A stretch of 57,287 nucleotides of DNA, the filler included, from Sphacelaria rigidula (Eukaryota): NCBI GenBank assembly GCA_964200075.2. It is 6 parts of 6 records of this genome, joined end to end, with 100 filler letters (N's around TTAATTAATTAA, not from the genome) between each part and the next. Parts side by side here need not be neighbours in the genome. Positions count along the whole stretch, not along the records: positions 1 to 9,465 come from CAXNAA020008435.1; positions 9,566 to 19,030 come from CAXNAA020008436.1; 4 more parts are not named here. One strand, 5' to 3'. Each line of letters opens with the position of its first letter. Positions within the stretch are counted from its first letter, which is position 1. The notes under the pieces are model-generated. The model was not told the DNA's origin. It saw nothing but the letters and a program-made list of their open reading frames with translations, and searched no databases. Below, one piece after another: positions 1-11,511 of this stretch. Both the position numbers and the translations under genes were made by a program.

Positions 1-643
1 TTTGCTCCTCCCATCGGCCGTGTCGAAGGAGGGGCGGGGTGAAGGGCCAACCGACGAACCCCCGCAACCAATCTATCCCCCCCCCCCCCCCCCCCCTCCC
101 CCCTCCAATCCCTCGCTCGCCACCCGAAGTTCTCATGTTGCTGTTTTGAGATAGCCGGGACCCGTCTACTTTTGACAGTTTCCGCCGTTAGACTGGCTGG
201 TAAGCGAGTGACACACTGCTGGTTCCCCATCACCTCGTATGACTGCACCGCCGCCCACGCCCGGCAAGTCCCTGCGCTGGCTCCTTTCCTGCGCACATCC
301 TCACCAGATGATATATGACTATCCACCATTCGGTGTTAAGACCAGAGAAAGCCGTGAACGTTTCCTGTGATGAGCACACTGACGTCACTTATACCACCCG
401 CGCTCACCGTTTGGTCTTGTTTTGTCAGGACAGCCGTTTTCCTCTCGCCAACCGCAGAACCTCAGCTTCTCCTTCGTTGACAGACGCATGCCACGCACGA
501 CTACCCCGAGGATTGCCATTCACGAGGCCCACCAAAGTAGATGAAAGTATTTTTCATTGAACAAATGTGGGCACGCCTCAGTGCTCTAAGGGTAACCGTT
601 TCTCATGTCCACTGGCGGCTGCCTGACTGCACGTATACGCGTG

Positions 644-1732
644 CTAGGAATAACTGTTCTGACGTGCAATGTGGACAGTTGATAGGTGTCCTTGTGCAGC
701 AGCCTCGCTGCACGTTTCACGATTCCATGGGCAGCCGTTCTCAAGTGCCCATTGTAGAATCTCTAAATGCCCTTCTGCAGCAGCTTCGCTGCATGTTTCG
801 CTATTCCAGGGACAGTCATTCTCGCGTGCCCACTGGAGAGTTTCTAAATACCCTCCCGCAGCAGCCTGACTACACGTATACTCATCCCAGGGACAGCCGT
901 TGTCGCGTACCCACTGGAGGGTTGTCAGGTGACCCCCGGCAGCTGCCTCGCTGCACGTATACTCATCCCATGCACATCCGTTCTGCCGGGCCCATTGAAG
1001 AGTTTCCAGTTGCCCCCCAGCAGCGGCCTGACTGCATGTTCGTTCGTGCCAGGGACAGCCATTTTGCCGTGCCCACTTCAAAGCTGATAGATGTCCCCTC
1101 GCAGCAGCCTGACTACACGTATGCGTAGTCCATGGACAACCGTTCTGGCGTACCCACTGGAGAATTGTCAGATGCCCACCGCTAGCGGCGCAAATGCATG
1201 TACGATAGTCCCAGGGACAGCCGTTCTCGTGTGCCCACTGCAGAGTTATGATATGCCCCCCTGCGGCAGCCTTGCATGAGGTGTACTCGTCCCATGCGCA
1301 TCCACTCTGGCGCGCCCACTGAAGAGTCGTCAGGTGACCACCCGCGGCGGCCTCGTAAGACGTATATACATCCCATGCACATCCGTTCTCACGTGCCCAC
1401 TGGAGAGCTACCAGGTGCCCCCCTGCAGCCGCATTACTGCAGGTATACTCGTTCCAGGGGCAACCGTTTTCCCTTGCACTTTGAAGGACCTCCAGATTGC
1501 CGAACCTTGCGGCGATGGAGCAGACCTTCTCATCTCGCCGCAAGCCGCAGGCGAGGCTCTCTAGCACTTGGCTCACTGATGTGTAAGGCGTAAATACTCT
1601 TGTGTCAGTCGCGCGGTCGCCCCAAGCGCTCCTCCAGCTCCGTGATACTCCGGCGAAGAAGAAAAAGCCTTGCCCCACGAGTCCAGCCAGTTCTTCGAGA
1701 ACGTCCACCTTGCTCCAGATGTGGTGTTCCAT
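644..1732 (-). CDS. Intronless protein (~362 aa): F-box-like N-terminus plus 11 tandem 27-aa ankyrin-like GCPW repeats (giant-virus-type)
   Basis: The ORF track start at 1786 is a GTG; the first ATG is at 1732 (MEHHIWSK). Repeat consensus xxxTCSxAAAGGHLxxLQWARENGCPW occurs 11 times (81-nt period, last copy degenerate). The N-terminal DVLEELAGLVGQGFFFFAGVSRSWRSAW resembles a degenerate F-box (inference). Confidence 0.85.
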   Translation of the reverse strand: MEHHIWSKVDVLEELAGLVGQGFFFFAGVSRSWRSAWGDRATDTRVFTPYTSVSQVLESLACGLRRDEKVCSIAARFGNLEVLQSARENGCPWNEYTCSNAAAGGHLVALQWARENGCAWDVYTSYEAAAGGHLTTLQWARQSGCAWDEYTSCKAAAGGHIITLQWAHENGCPWDYRTCICAASGGHLTILQWVRQNGCPWTTHTCSQAAARGHLSALKWARQNGCPWHERTCSQAAAGGQLETLQWARQNGCAWDEYTCSEAAAGGHLTTLQWVRDNGCPWDEYTCSQAAAGGYLETLQWARENDCPWNSETCSEAAAEGHLEILQWALENGCPWNRETCSEAAAQGHLSTVHIARQNSYS

Positions 1733-2992
1733 CGCAAAGCTGAGGTTCGAAACTGATGCCACCCAGCTTTTCACCAAGCAGGTCACTGCGTACCACCGCA
1801 GGCAGCGAAAGTGAAAACAGCGTTGCTAATTCAAGTTGGACATAGAACACCTCGTGGCATGCCTCAGGGTTACCCACTTATGCACATTGATGATCGCTTC
1901 GGATCGCGTAGTTTCTTTAATATAGGGATACTGTTACGTTACGAAAAGGAAGAGATAATTCATACCCGTGTTGGCATTATTCCATCCGGGATACATTGGC
2001 ACCAACACGACCGACGAGCATGATGAAGAAAAAATAAATAAGACTAGCCCCCGCCTTTCGTGTCGGCGGCGGTGGGCAGCACGAAGCTAACGAGTGCATC
2101 ACGTAGAGACTTGTGTTACAAAACTGTTGCTGGCATTTCGTTGTGTACCATCGCCCAAGGACCACACAGGCCTCGGCTATCTCATACTCAGTGGCTGAGC
2201 GAGCGTTAAGTGATTGCTTCGAATAGCCCTCTGCATTACGCACGGAACTACGGGCATGGGGAACAAGGTGAGCGGAATTTTGAATATAACAGCACAGCGT
2301 TTTCCATCACATCCTCGGCCTACCCAGTGCTTCATCCATCATAACCTCTTCTTACGAGGACGAATCCTTCACCCACATGCTCGTCTAATCCGAAAACACG
2401 CAGAGAGTTTGACGCAAACATACACTACAAGTCTAACGGGGGCACACACTCAAAGGGGGGTGGATTATAGACCCTTCTACCGCGGGTACCGTGCCTGTAA
2501 GGAACAGCTTGCTTTGTGCATAGAGTTCAGCCGACACAGTCCACGCAAGCGGTATGCTGTACACTTGATAACTACGTTTAGACATCGCAATACGGCACGG
2601 TACAGTGTTGTACTGCCTGCGCACGCAATGAAGGTGTGCCTCGCACATGTTCATGACGTGCTAGACTGAACCCAACTATCACTTGCGTGGTTGACTAAGG
2701 TAGTTTAACTCTTTCGGCTAAGGTTTGAAGTACGGCATGGGGCGACCGCCGAAATCATCCTGTTTCATTGCGTAAGACTAGTGTGTACGGCAAGAGGTTA
2801 AGGGACGGGTGGGTTTCCAATACGATTCGCATGCCAACTGCAAAGAGTGTGTACGGGGCGTATCCGGGTTGCTTTTCATTGTGGACCAACATACATGTTG
2901 CCTTGAAACTGTCGGGGTGAGATCTAAGGCGACTCTCGCTTCGTTCAAAATGTCGTGACTACCCAATGCTCCCGTTGTGGACCAGACAGAGA

Positions 2993-3245
2993 GAGTGATG
3001 CCGCGACAGCCCCCCCAGAGCAGTGGCTGGTTTGATGAGGCAAAGTCCACATGTAAACCAAAACGACAAAAGCCGAGTACACCGAGCAGCTGGACACTCC
3101 CGTGTTTGGAATCGCTTTCGCCAATGTCGCCCATGTGCGGGGTTTCATGAAGTCTAAAACCAGCTATCATGCGCTGTACGACCACTTTTCGTCATGAAAG
3201 TTTCGGGGTTGGTTTGGGGGGGGGGGGGCTGTCGGGGCATCCCTC
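2993..3245. mobile_element. MITE-like element with GAGTGATGC-type terminal inverted repeats
   Basis: Left end gagtgatgccgcgacagcccccc and right end ggggggctgtcggggcatccctc are imperfect inverted repeats. The interior is homologous, in opposite orientation, to 14671-14903. Confidence 0.7.
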
Positions 3246-3886
3246 CAGAGTTTCCTTTTATATTTGAAACCGGTAGTAAAATTTTGTGCTCATTCACATT
3301 TAACCGGACTACAACGCATGCCGCTGTGGAACCTCTTCTTCGAGGGGAAATGAAACGTGCCTCAAATCACCCCAGCGACTTCAAGGCGATATGCATGTGG
3401 AATATGGAGACAGAAACTTGTTGCCTCGGAAACGCTCCGCCCATTATTCCCTATAGCCCGGGTGCGGCTTTTACTTCAAAATCTTTCGCACTACTCGTAT
3501 TTTGCTCGCCAGCATCCGGGAAAATAACGGATGAGTGTTACGTTACTGTCCGTGGTCGTCATGTCATACCGTCGCAACAACGCAAACGGACGGCGTTACA
3601 TTATCATGTCGACCAGCTTCGAATACCTACCTGGACGTGGGGTGACTGCGGCTACTGTATCTATGTGTTGTCTCACTAGGAATGTATACGACAAATTGGG
3701 CTAACACGAGAGCTGATGTACCCCTGTCTTTTCCTATCGGTTCTTGATTTCGCGTATTTATAGATTTCCGTCGTGAACATCACGAGGGTATGACCTAGCG
3801 AAAATGTGATGGAACCCAACGAGATACGGCAGTGCTAATCCTATGCTCGAGAACATATCGCTAAGCAGGTACCAAGGGAAATGTGA

Positions 3887-4132
3887 GAGTGATGCTACGA
3901 TAGTGGGCGGTTATTTTGGGATATTGTTTCCACGAATTTCTACCTCAAACCGTCATTGAAGGCATCAACGTTTATTCGAGCACGCTTGTTACCGATGGGA
4001 TACACTCACTCATACAACTTGACACCATTTTCGCCGAAATACAACCGCACCGCGAATAGTTAGGTCGTCTCACACATCTGTTACCCCCTGGTTTTCGTGG
4101 AATCTAACCCCCCCCGTATCATAGCATCACTC
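3887..4132. mobile_element. MITE-like element with GAGTGATGCTA terminal inverted repeats
   Basis: gagtgatgctacgatagtgggcggtta at 3887 versus taacccccccccgtatcatagcatcactc ending at 4132. No coding capacity seen. Confidence 0.65.
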
Positions 4133-7100
4133 GCGAGTTGATCCTCGAGACTACGGACTTGTACGGAGAAAAGAGGGGGCGTTGGAAGCATAATATAATA
4201 ATAAAACAAACGACCAGTCCCCTGCGTATCTAGTCACGGTTGTAAGATAGCTCTACCCATGTAAATACACCGAAGCATTCGCTGAAAAAGCTCGAGATCA
4301 GGCTGGTTCACGCTTTCGACCCAAAATCACTCATCGGCAAATGCCTTCGGCGATGTTTTGCCGACGTTGGATTCCTCTGATGATATGCAAAAAAAAAGAC
4401 CAAGAAAGTATCTGCCCGGTTCTCCGTATACCGTAGAAATGCTCCGGCCGCCCCAAATATGGCAGCTCCGTAGGTATTGACTCCCCACAGGAAACAAATG
4501 GATTGTAGAAAATATTTTCAACTTTTTCCGTCCTTCACCGGCTTCCGAAGACCCCGGCATCAAAACTACCGGAAGCCAGTACAGAATGCCTCAAAACAAA
4601 AACGAATACACTATGTGCCCCCTGATGGTCCGAGAGACCTTTTCACGAACTGTCATTTGGTAGCTCGAAAACTGATGCAATAGGATCGTGTTAGCTTCGA
4701 ACGTACCCGAAAACTCGTTTCCATATTTACACTAAGTGGTCAGGAGTTTGTACCTTCAAGGCCACTTTGACGCACAAGAGCCCAAGTGTAACGTCGATTC
4801 TTGAAGTTACACTTTGAATGTTGTCACACATATACTACTGGGAATTTCAAAGCATTCAAAGAGCGGTGTTTTTCGGGGGGCGGGGAAAGTCGCCGATTCC
4901 CGTGCGTCCCAAATTGCACGTTACTCGCCATGATCCTGGGGCGCCAATAACTGACGAAAAAAACAAAGAAACACCGTTCCCTGAAATTTTCGAATGCCCC
5001 CTAGTGTGTTGTGCAATTTTTCAGAGTCTAACCCCAAGAATCAGTGTGAACATGTGCGGGTGAGTGAATTTTGGGTCGAAAGCGTGAACCAGCCTGTAGA
5101 AGAACGATAACGCTATCCAAGCTTCTATTTTTCGTTTTGGTCTCACTTTGCTGTAGGATCTGGACTTGTAGAACGAGACCATGAACGATTTGGATTTATA
5201 ATCCTGTGGTATGACAGACCGCTCTGAATGAGACTGATCAAGGTATGTTGAATATTGTATATACATGTACCTCCGAACAGGATACTCTGCAGTCCACACT
5301 CGATTTTAGTGCGATTTGTTTTTGGAAAGTAACGCCTTAACGCGATTGACAGTACTTTTATTGTGCCGTTCGTTTGCTTGTTGTGCAAAACAAAGACGTC
5401 TTGTTGTGTATCGTGAGGTATACATGCGTTAGGAGGAAACCATGGCTACATCAGATATAGTTTCAGACGGTAAGAGGTTGGTGCATTGTAGCTTTCATAT
5501 ATTTGAAAGAGGAGAGCTTCAATAGAAGGCAAAAGACAAAATACAGAACATAATAGATACAAAATTCGACGGACAGCTGTGCTGGATTAACAGCGATTCC
5601 TCCCCGATAAGCCTCATTAGGGCACTCGCTACTAGGTCTTACAAAGTAGAATTGTTGGAAAACTTTTGACATGAACAACCAAATCATGTCATCGATGTAG
5701 AGCACTCCAAGGTTTTGTTTGCATTCCCCCGCTGAACAAATCATTGTAGTATACGTTCGTACCGTTATCCAAAGGATTGTATACTGTACAATTCGTCAAT
5801 GTTCCGCGCAGCACGCTTCTTTTATTCTGATGCATTTCCAACTCCCTTTGTATTTTCGAAGATGGCGTTGAAAATCGCGGGTTACCGGACTGTGACGCTG
5901 GACAGTCGACTCCATTTCGTCTGGCACACCATAGCACGTAGCGAGTGTGGTCGATTGTTAGCACGATTACAATGTAGTACATATATGGAGGACAAAGTCT
6001 ACTACACATTTTGAGTCAAAATGACGCGGCGTGTGACGACGGAGCGCGGACTTTATCAATGCTTTGGTGTTTACCACATGCGTGCGCTTCTTCAACTAAA
6101 TTCGCGGTAAAAGTCTGATGACGTACAGTATTTTCCCGTTATCAAGAAAGCAGATAAAAGGCTCAGCCTGACTTTCTTCTCAAGTGCGATCAGAAACTGC
6201 TGTTTATACCGTTTAAACCACACTCAGGAAGTGCCAAGCCTGGAGACCTTCTTGTTTTCTTCAAGGTCACGTTCTGGATAGCAGGCCGATACTGTATCGA
6301 AACCATTTCCTCAAAAGTTGTGCTTTACTTGCCTCTTGCACAAAGTGTTCCCAAGCATTTATCTTCTGGTTAGCGCTGTGATGAGATCAAATCTACAAAT
6401 CTCCTGAGCAGCCTGCTGAGATCTGAATGCTATAAATGCAATTCACGAGTCATGGGAAGTGTGCCGCACTATGTCCGACCGTGATTTATCGATCTCACGG
6501 AGACCAATCTTATATATATTCCGGGAAATCAAGTCGTACTTGCCGTAGGGTGAAATATGCAGCCCGTACAGCTGTGTAAGGAGCTCACTTTCAAACACGA
6601 GGAGGAGGTGGATCCACAGAATCATATTTCACACAGGTGTACAAACGACCTGACAGCTGTCTTACGAAGTAGTGCAAAGTCCGGAGAACTTGGATTTGGG
6701 AGCAAGAGTCGGGTGTGGCCAAGCCGGAGGGCGCGCCATTATGATTCTAGTGAGCGTTTCAGCTGCATCATGTATGTTCGAACACCCGGCACATGAACAA
6801 TTTCTACCGATACAACATCCACTGAGACTTCTTGTGGATAGCTAAGATACATTCCCACCAGAGCACCAAATGCTGCCGCGATACACCGTTGCAGCACGAC
6901 GCAGAGTAACGGTAAGGATAAAGCACAATCAGTAAAAACCATAGCATTGTGTGAAGCATAGGCCACAACCGTGGGCTTTAGCAATGGCTTCTAGTAGACT
7001 CCTCTACTCGTTCGTGAGTTGACAGTATACGTTGGGCAGTGTAGGATGAGTTATGTGTGACCGTGTTCCACTGACAGAATCGGGGAATGGAAATGACCAT

Positions 7101-9232
7101 CGTGCGTGTACAATGCGTGTGTCTGCGGCGCGAGCTCTTTTTTGAATATCCGTTGCCCGTTTGTGCGCCATAGTAGGTAGAAGTGACGCGCGGTTTTCGA
7201 GGTAGCCATGGGGATCAAAATATTTGTGCCGGCGTGATTGTAATTACATCCTTCATCGACTCTACCGATTTCACGCTGTCTTGGTTTTTCAGAGATAATA
7301 TAAAACGCGACGCGAAATTGGGCGAAACACTGCCACACGCCACACACAATTTTTGTACACTACACATCTGAAAAATGCGGTACACCGTCGCACACAACAG
7401 TGTGTAGTGTATCAGCGCGCAGGGCGCACGTAACACGCAATTACGGTACACCGTCGCATTGTAACAACCGACCTCGCTTTCGGGACAGTACTTGTCATTG
7501 TACTGATGAGCACCGATACGTTCGAGCGTGGTTTGCAGGACAGGGGGGTACGGAACGAGGAGGTGACCAGCACGAATGCTCAGCAGATAGCTGAAGGACG
7601 ACATGCAGCCTCACATGTATTTTTCACTGAATCGGCGCGCCGTCGATGGGAAACACGAGGGTATCAAGGTGTAGCTGAACGATTGCAGGGTACCGGATGA
7701 TTTCCATCAAACTTTCGCCATCCGTGGAGGCTTTTCCCTGCTACCTCTAGTCTCAGAGCAGACTCTGGCACCGTTTTCGTAGCAGTTTTTTTTCTCACCT
7801 TTGGACACGTACGATGGTATATATGCTCGCTCGTCGATGCCGCAACTGCTGCCGTAGATATCAGCGACTTTCGGGCGCTCGAATTGACCGCCCGCTCGTC
7901 ACGCTGAGGTTTCTTTGAAGGTGCACCACCATGCACCCGAAGTGCTAGACACAAGTACGGTTGCAAATTTGAGCAGTACCCCAGCTCTCATCCATCACAT
8001 GTTATGCCGTAAGGGAGTGACAAAATGCACTGTACAGCCTTGACGTTTGACGACCTCTCTTTCACATATTCCGGCGCGCTCAGGCGCTGAGTCCTAGTTC
8101 CGCCGCATTTCGTCCATCTCGACCAATCGAGTTCGTCCAATATGCGGCGCAATATTGTGGGACATCAATGACTCAAATAGCTCATTGTCCCCCTCTTATC
8201 CTCTCTCGGCCTGCCATCTAATACTCTACAGCTCAAGGACTTCTTGAAAAGGCGCTTCTTGAAAAGGCGAATTTTTTCGCGGGTCGAAAACCCCAGAAAC
8301 TAGCTGATAAAATGGCATGAACGAGGTTCAAGGAGACGCCTCGATTCGATCGCATTGCGGCGGCGGAGGGGTGGGTGGAGTGGATTGACTACTACTTGAC
8401 GTTGAAGCGTAAGCACTTTCCCCTGACGCTGTCATCAACCCTCCATTATCAAGCGCCACCCTTGCGCCACTTGGTTACACCCCATTTGTGGCCCATGACG
8501 GCGATTGAGCTCATGGTTTTTGGTGGCGAAGTGAAACACAGACCATACGTTCGATGGCTCCCGCACATTTCAAGGGTGGGCTCGGCACATTACGGTGGAT
8601 CAACTCCTTGAGCTCCCGTAGAAGGGCGCTCTAGACTAGAAATCATTTTTCAAGGTGACCAAATAAATGTCGATTCAACAGATGGTGGACACCCCTGGGA
8701 AATCAAAGAGCCAACCTGTTGATCGACTAGCGGTGTCAATCTGTGGACTCGGCACCATGTTCAGTTGATGGATGAATATCAGACATGGGCGCCCATCCGC
8801 AGGTGCGGTCATATAGTTGTACACGTGATAATAATACTAATAATTGCACATTTTTTGCCTGCTGCTGTGGTGTTTTACAGTGCCCAACATTTTGAACGTT
8901 GTCAACAACAGATGGTCATTCACCGTTCGCTTCCTGCACGAAGTGACTGCGTTTGTATGAGCTAGATACAGGTGGTTACTCCACGAGCGTTTTTGCGTTT
9001 CCATAACAAAATGCGTTCACAGCAAGAAGAGCACAAAAAAATCGCTCGGTTACCGTCTAATATCACAATAACAACGACAGAACTACCAGATAACTTGCAA
9101 GTGTTACCCTTCTAGTTCTTGTCATTTTAATTTTGCGCCCACCTCCACCTCACTTGTCTGCCGGCAATCAAGCATACTGCTAAAAATGAAATGAACTTCT
9201 TGCTGTATTCGAAAATGGCAATCAAATGAAGA

Positions 9233-9465
9233 GAGTGATGCTACGGTATGGGTGCACAAATAATTACTGAGGTTAAAATTGTTAGGAGCCCTCTATCTCA
9301 GGCAAAACGCGACCTATGAAAATATGTGAAAGTACGCCAGGACTACTACTCCAATGTGCTGGGGATACCCCGAATGAATTTGAAAACGGGGATGCCCTGA
9401 CCCGTATTTTTGTGCATCTAGAATCGTTAGGAGCCCCTGAACTAGATATTATTTCGCGAAAAAAG
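9233..9465. mobile_element. Left end of a GAGTGATGCTAC-TIR element, cut by the contig end
   Basis: gagtgatgctacggtatgggtgcacaaataattactgaggttaaaattgttaggagccc closely matches the left arm at 21930. Confidence 0.65.
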
Positions 9466-9565
9466 NNNNNNNNNNNNNNNNNNNNNNNNNNNNNNNNNNN
9501 NNNNNNNNNTTAATTAATTAANNNNNNNNNNNNNNNNNNNNNNNNNNNNNNNNNNNNNNNNNNNN
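9466..9565. other. Artificial contig-joining spacer (N44-TTAATTAATTAA-N44)
   Basis: The same 100-nt spacer occurs five times; the 12-mer puts stops in all six frames. Confidence 0.97.
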
Positions 9566-9727
9566 CGCCGAAATGGCATGCCAGCCCTCACGGGCCATTA
9601 TCTTGCTGAAGTACTTCCTCGGGTTGGCGCACCTGCCGGCACCGAGCACTTTGTTTCCGCAGGACAACAGTTGTTACCCCTCACGGGTCACGCTAATTTG
9701 GAACCGGGCGATATTATCGGTATCGCT

Positions 9728-10305
9728 GCGCTCACTGGTTTAATGGATAAACTGTTCGCTTCCTGAACAAAAGATATGCTGCGTGGTCCATCCCGGCATG
9801 ATCGATTGTGGAAAGAATGAGTTTGACATGTGGACAGTGAGGCTTGCGAGGGGCCAGAGGCCCCGGAGATCCCTGATGTGTCATGCCGGGATGGACCACG
9901 CAGCATATCTTTTGTTCAGGAAGCGAACAGTTTATCCATTGAACCGGTGAGCGCTCACTGGTTTAATGGATAAACTGTTCGCTTCCTGAACAAGTGAGCG
10001 CTCACTAGTAGCTCAATGGTCAAATGTTCGCTTCCTGCACAAAAGATATGGAGTTCGAGACTCAGCATGATCAATTGTGGAAGGAAGGAATTTGAAATGT
10101 GGACAGTGAGGCTTGCGAGGGGCAAGAGGCCCCGGAGATCCCTGATGTGTCATGCCGGGATGGACCACGCAGCATATCTTTTGTTCAGGAAGCGAACAGT
10201 TTATCCATTGAACCAGTGAGCGCTCACTGGTTCAATGGATAAACTGTTCGCTTCCTGAACAAGAGATAAACTGTTCGCTTCCTGAACAAACTCGCTTCCT
10301 GAACA
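9728..10305. repeat. Array of inverted repeats built from a tRNA-like (~74 bp) module; two foldback units plus truncated tails
   Basis: 9728-9801 and 9881-9954 are reverse complements (72/74). A second unit at 9998-10223 reuses the same ~79-bp core. Junctions are the palindrome GTGAGCGCTCAC. The 9998-10070 arm has A-box-like TAGCTCAATGG and B-box-like GAGTTCGAGACTC. Confidence 0.9.
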
Positions 10306-10520
10306 CGCAGGAGTTAGGAGTTCATGCTTTTTTGTTTGTTTGAGTTCTCCATCTTCCTTCTGCGGTGCTTGACTCTTTCATTTTTTCATCGCGAGAGGGG
10401 TCCAGCAGTCCCTTTCCCTCGTCGACCATTAAGCCGAATTTCGTGTACCCACGACGAAGTCGCTCTCCACTGTTGGGCATTGTGTGAGAAAGAATCCCAG
10501 ATCGCTCCGAGATTTGAGGC
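10306..10520 (-). mobile_element. Partial body of the tRNA-headed SINE-like family also at 21763-22312 and 34281-34951
   Basis: Shares blocks such as cttccttctgcggtgctt, ctccactgttgggcat and aatcccagatcg with 34661-34880. Confidence 0.65.
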
Positions 10521-11511
10521 TCTAGCGTAATGGATAGGTAAAACAATCAATAATGGTCTATACAATTGTCCACGAGAGCAAACGGGATTGGTTCACCCCC
10601 CTGTGTTACCAAGAGCTCGGTAGAACAATTTTCGCAATTGGGTATTCCCTGAATGTTCTCGTATAATATTCTTCCTTAGCATTCGAAAGTCCTATCGTCG
10701 ATACATATAGGGAAAATAAGCACGTCGTGTTCAGGACGCGATCCTCAATTTGTGTTGTCGGGGTGACACGGAGTAAGTACCTCATTTATCAAGCGGTGTT
10801 ATCGACCGTCACTGGTTAAAAAAATACAATTTTTCGACACTAGCGCAATGAAAAGTTTGAAATCCACAAAAAAACATTTCTTCGTATTAGCTCACGAAAA
10901 CGATCGAGATTGCTTAAATCGAGAAAAAGTATCCCTAGGGTCAAAACCTGGGAATGGATGGATAGTCCCAGGGCCTGCGAAAACCGTCCAGCCCGCAAGT
11001 CGTTCAATAATGAGCGCAGAGATGATTTATTTTTGGATTGTGGAGCGGATGCCTAGTATCTCCCGAACCCCGAACTTTAGGATCAAACGTTCCCTGGGAT
11101 GAGCGGTGGCACACGGGAACAGTATTGAGAACCGCCGACAAAAAACAGATGGCAAAAATCCCCTAATTCAGCTGTAAACTGCTGTACATCAACGGTATCG
11201 AGGTTGATCGTTGATTGGTCGGTTGACTGTCGCACATAAACTGATCCCCCAGGGGCTCCCAGCCGTGGTCACACAAGATGGGCGTACTCTGAAGCACGTG
11301 CATCATAAACTGTGCAACCATGGGCAGTGTGTGCAAGTCGACGGAGGAAAAACAAATCGCTAGTCGACCATTCCCCGCAATACACGATCCCACCTCCCTC
11401 GAACACAACAATTCCCCACTACGAAATAGTACTGTAGCAAGAGTCCCACCCCATTCAGTGAACACGCACTTTACGCCCTTTCTCCGCTTCGTACGTCGCG
11501 CCACCACGCAG

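Noticed and set aside
541..1593. Plus-strand ORFs of 195 aa and 105 aa with periodic sequence
   Set aside because: Antisense shadows of the 81-nt repeats of the minus-strand gene.
2778..3185. ORF whose translation resembles that of ORF 14540-14848 (GFRLH..PH..DI.E)
   Set aside because: The similarity is confined to the interior of a TIR-bounded MITE present twice; it is DNA-level repeat homology, not a protein family.
6100..6630. Minus-strand stretches that look weakly coding (e.g. INAWEHFVQEASKAQLLRKWF)
   Set aside because: Multiple stops in all frames, no consistent splice path and no recognisable family; cannot be supported even as a pseudogene without a search.
9510..9521. TTAATTAATTAA recurring every ~9.56 kb as a possible periodic biological signal
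   Set aside because: Always centred in N runs; it is an assembly linker.
9728..10070. Functional tRNA gene(s) within the foldback array
   Set aside because: Acceptor and T stems do not pair canonically; only tRNA-derived remnants are supportable.
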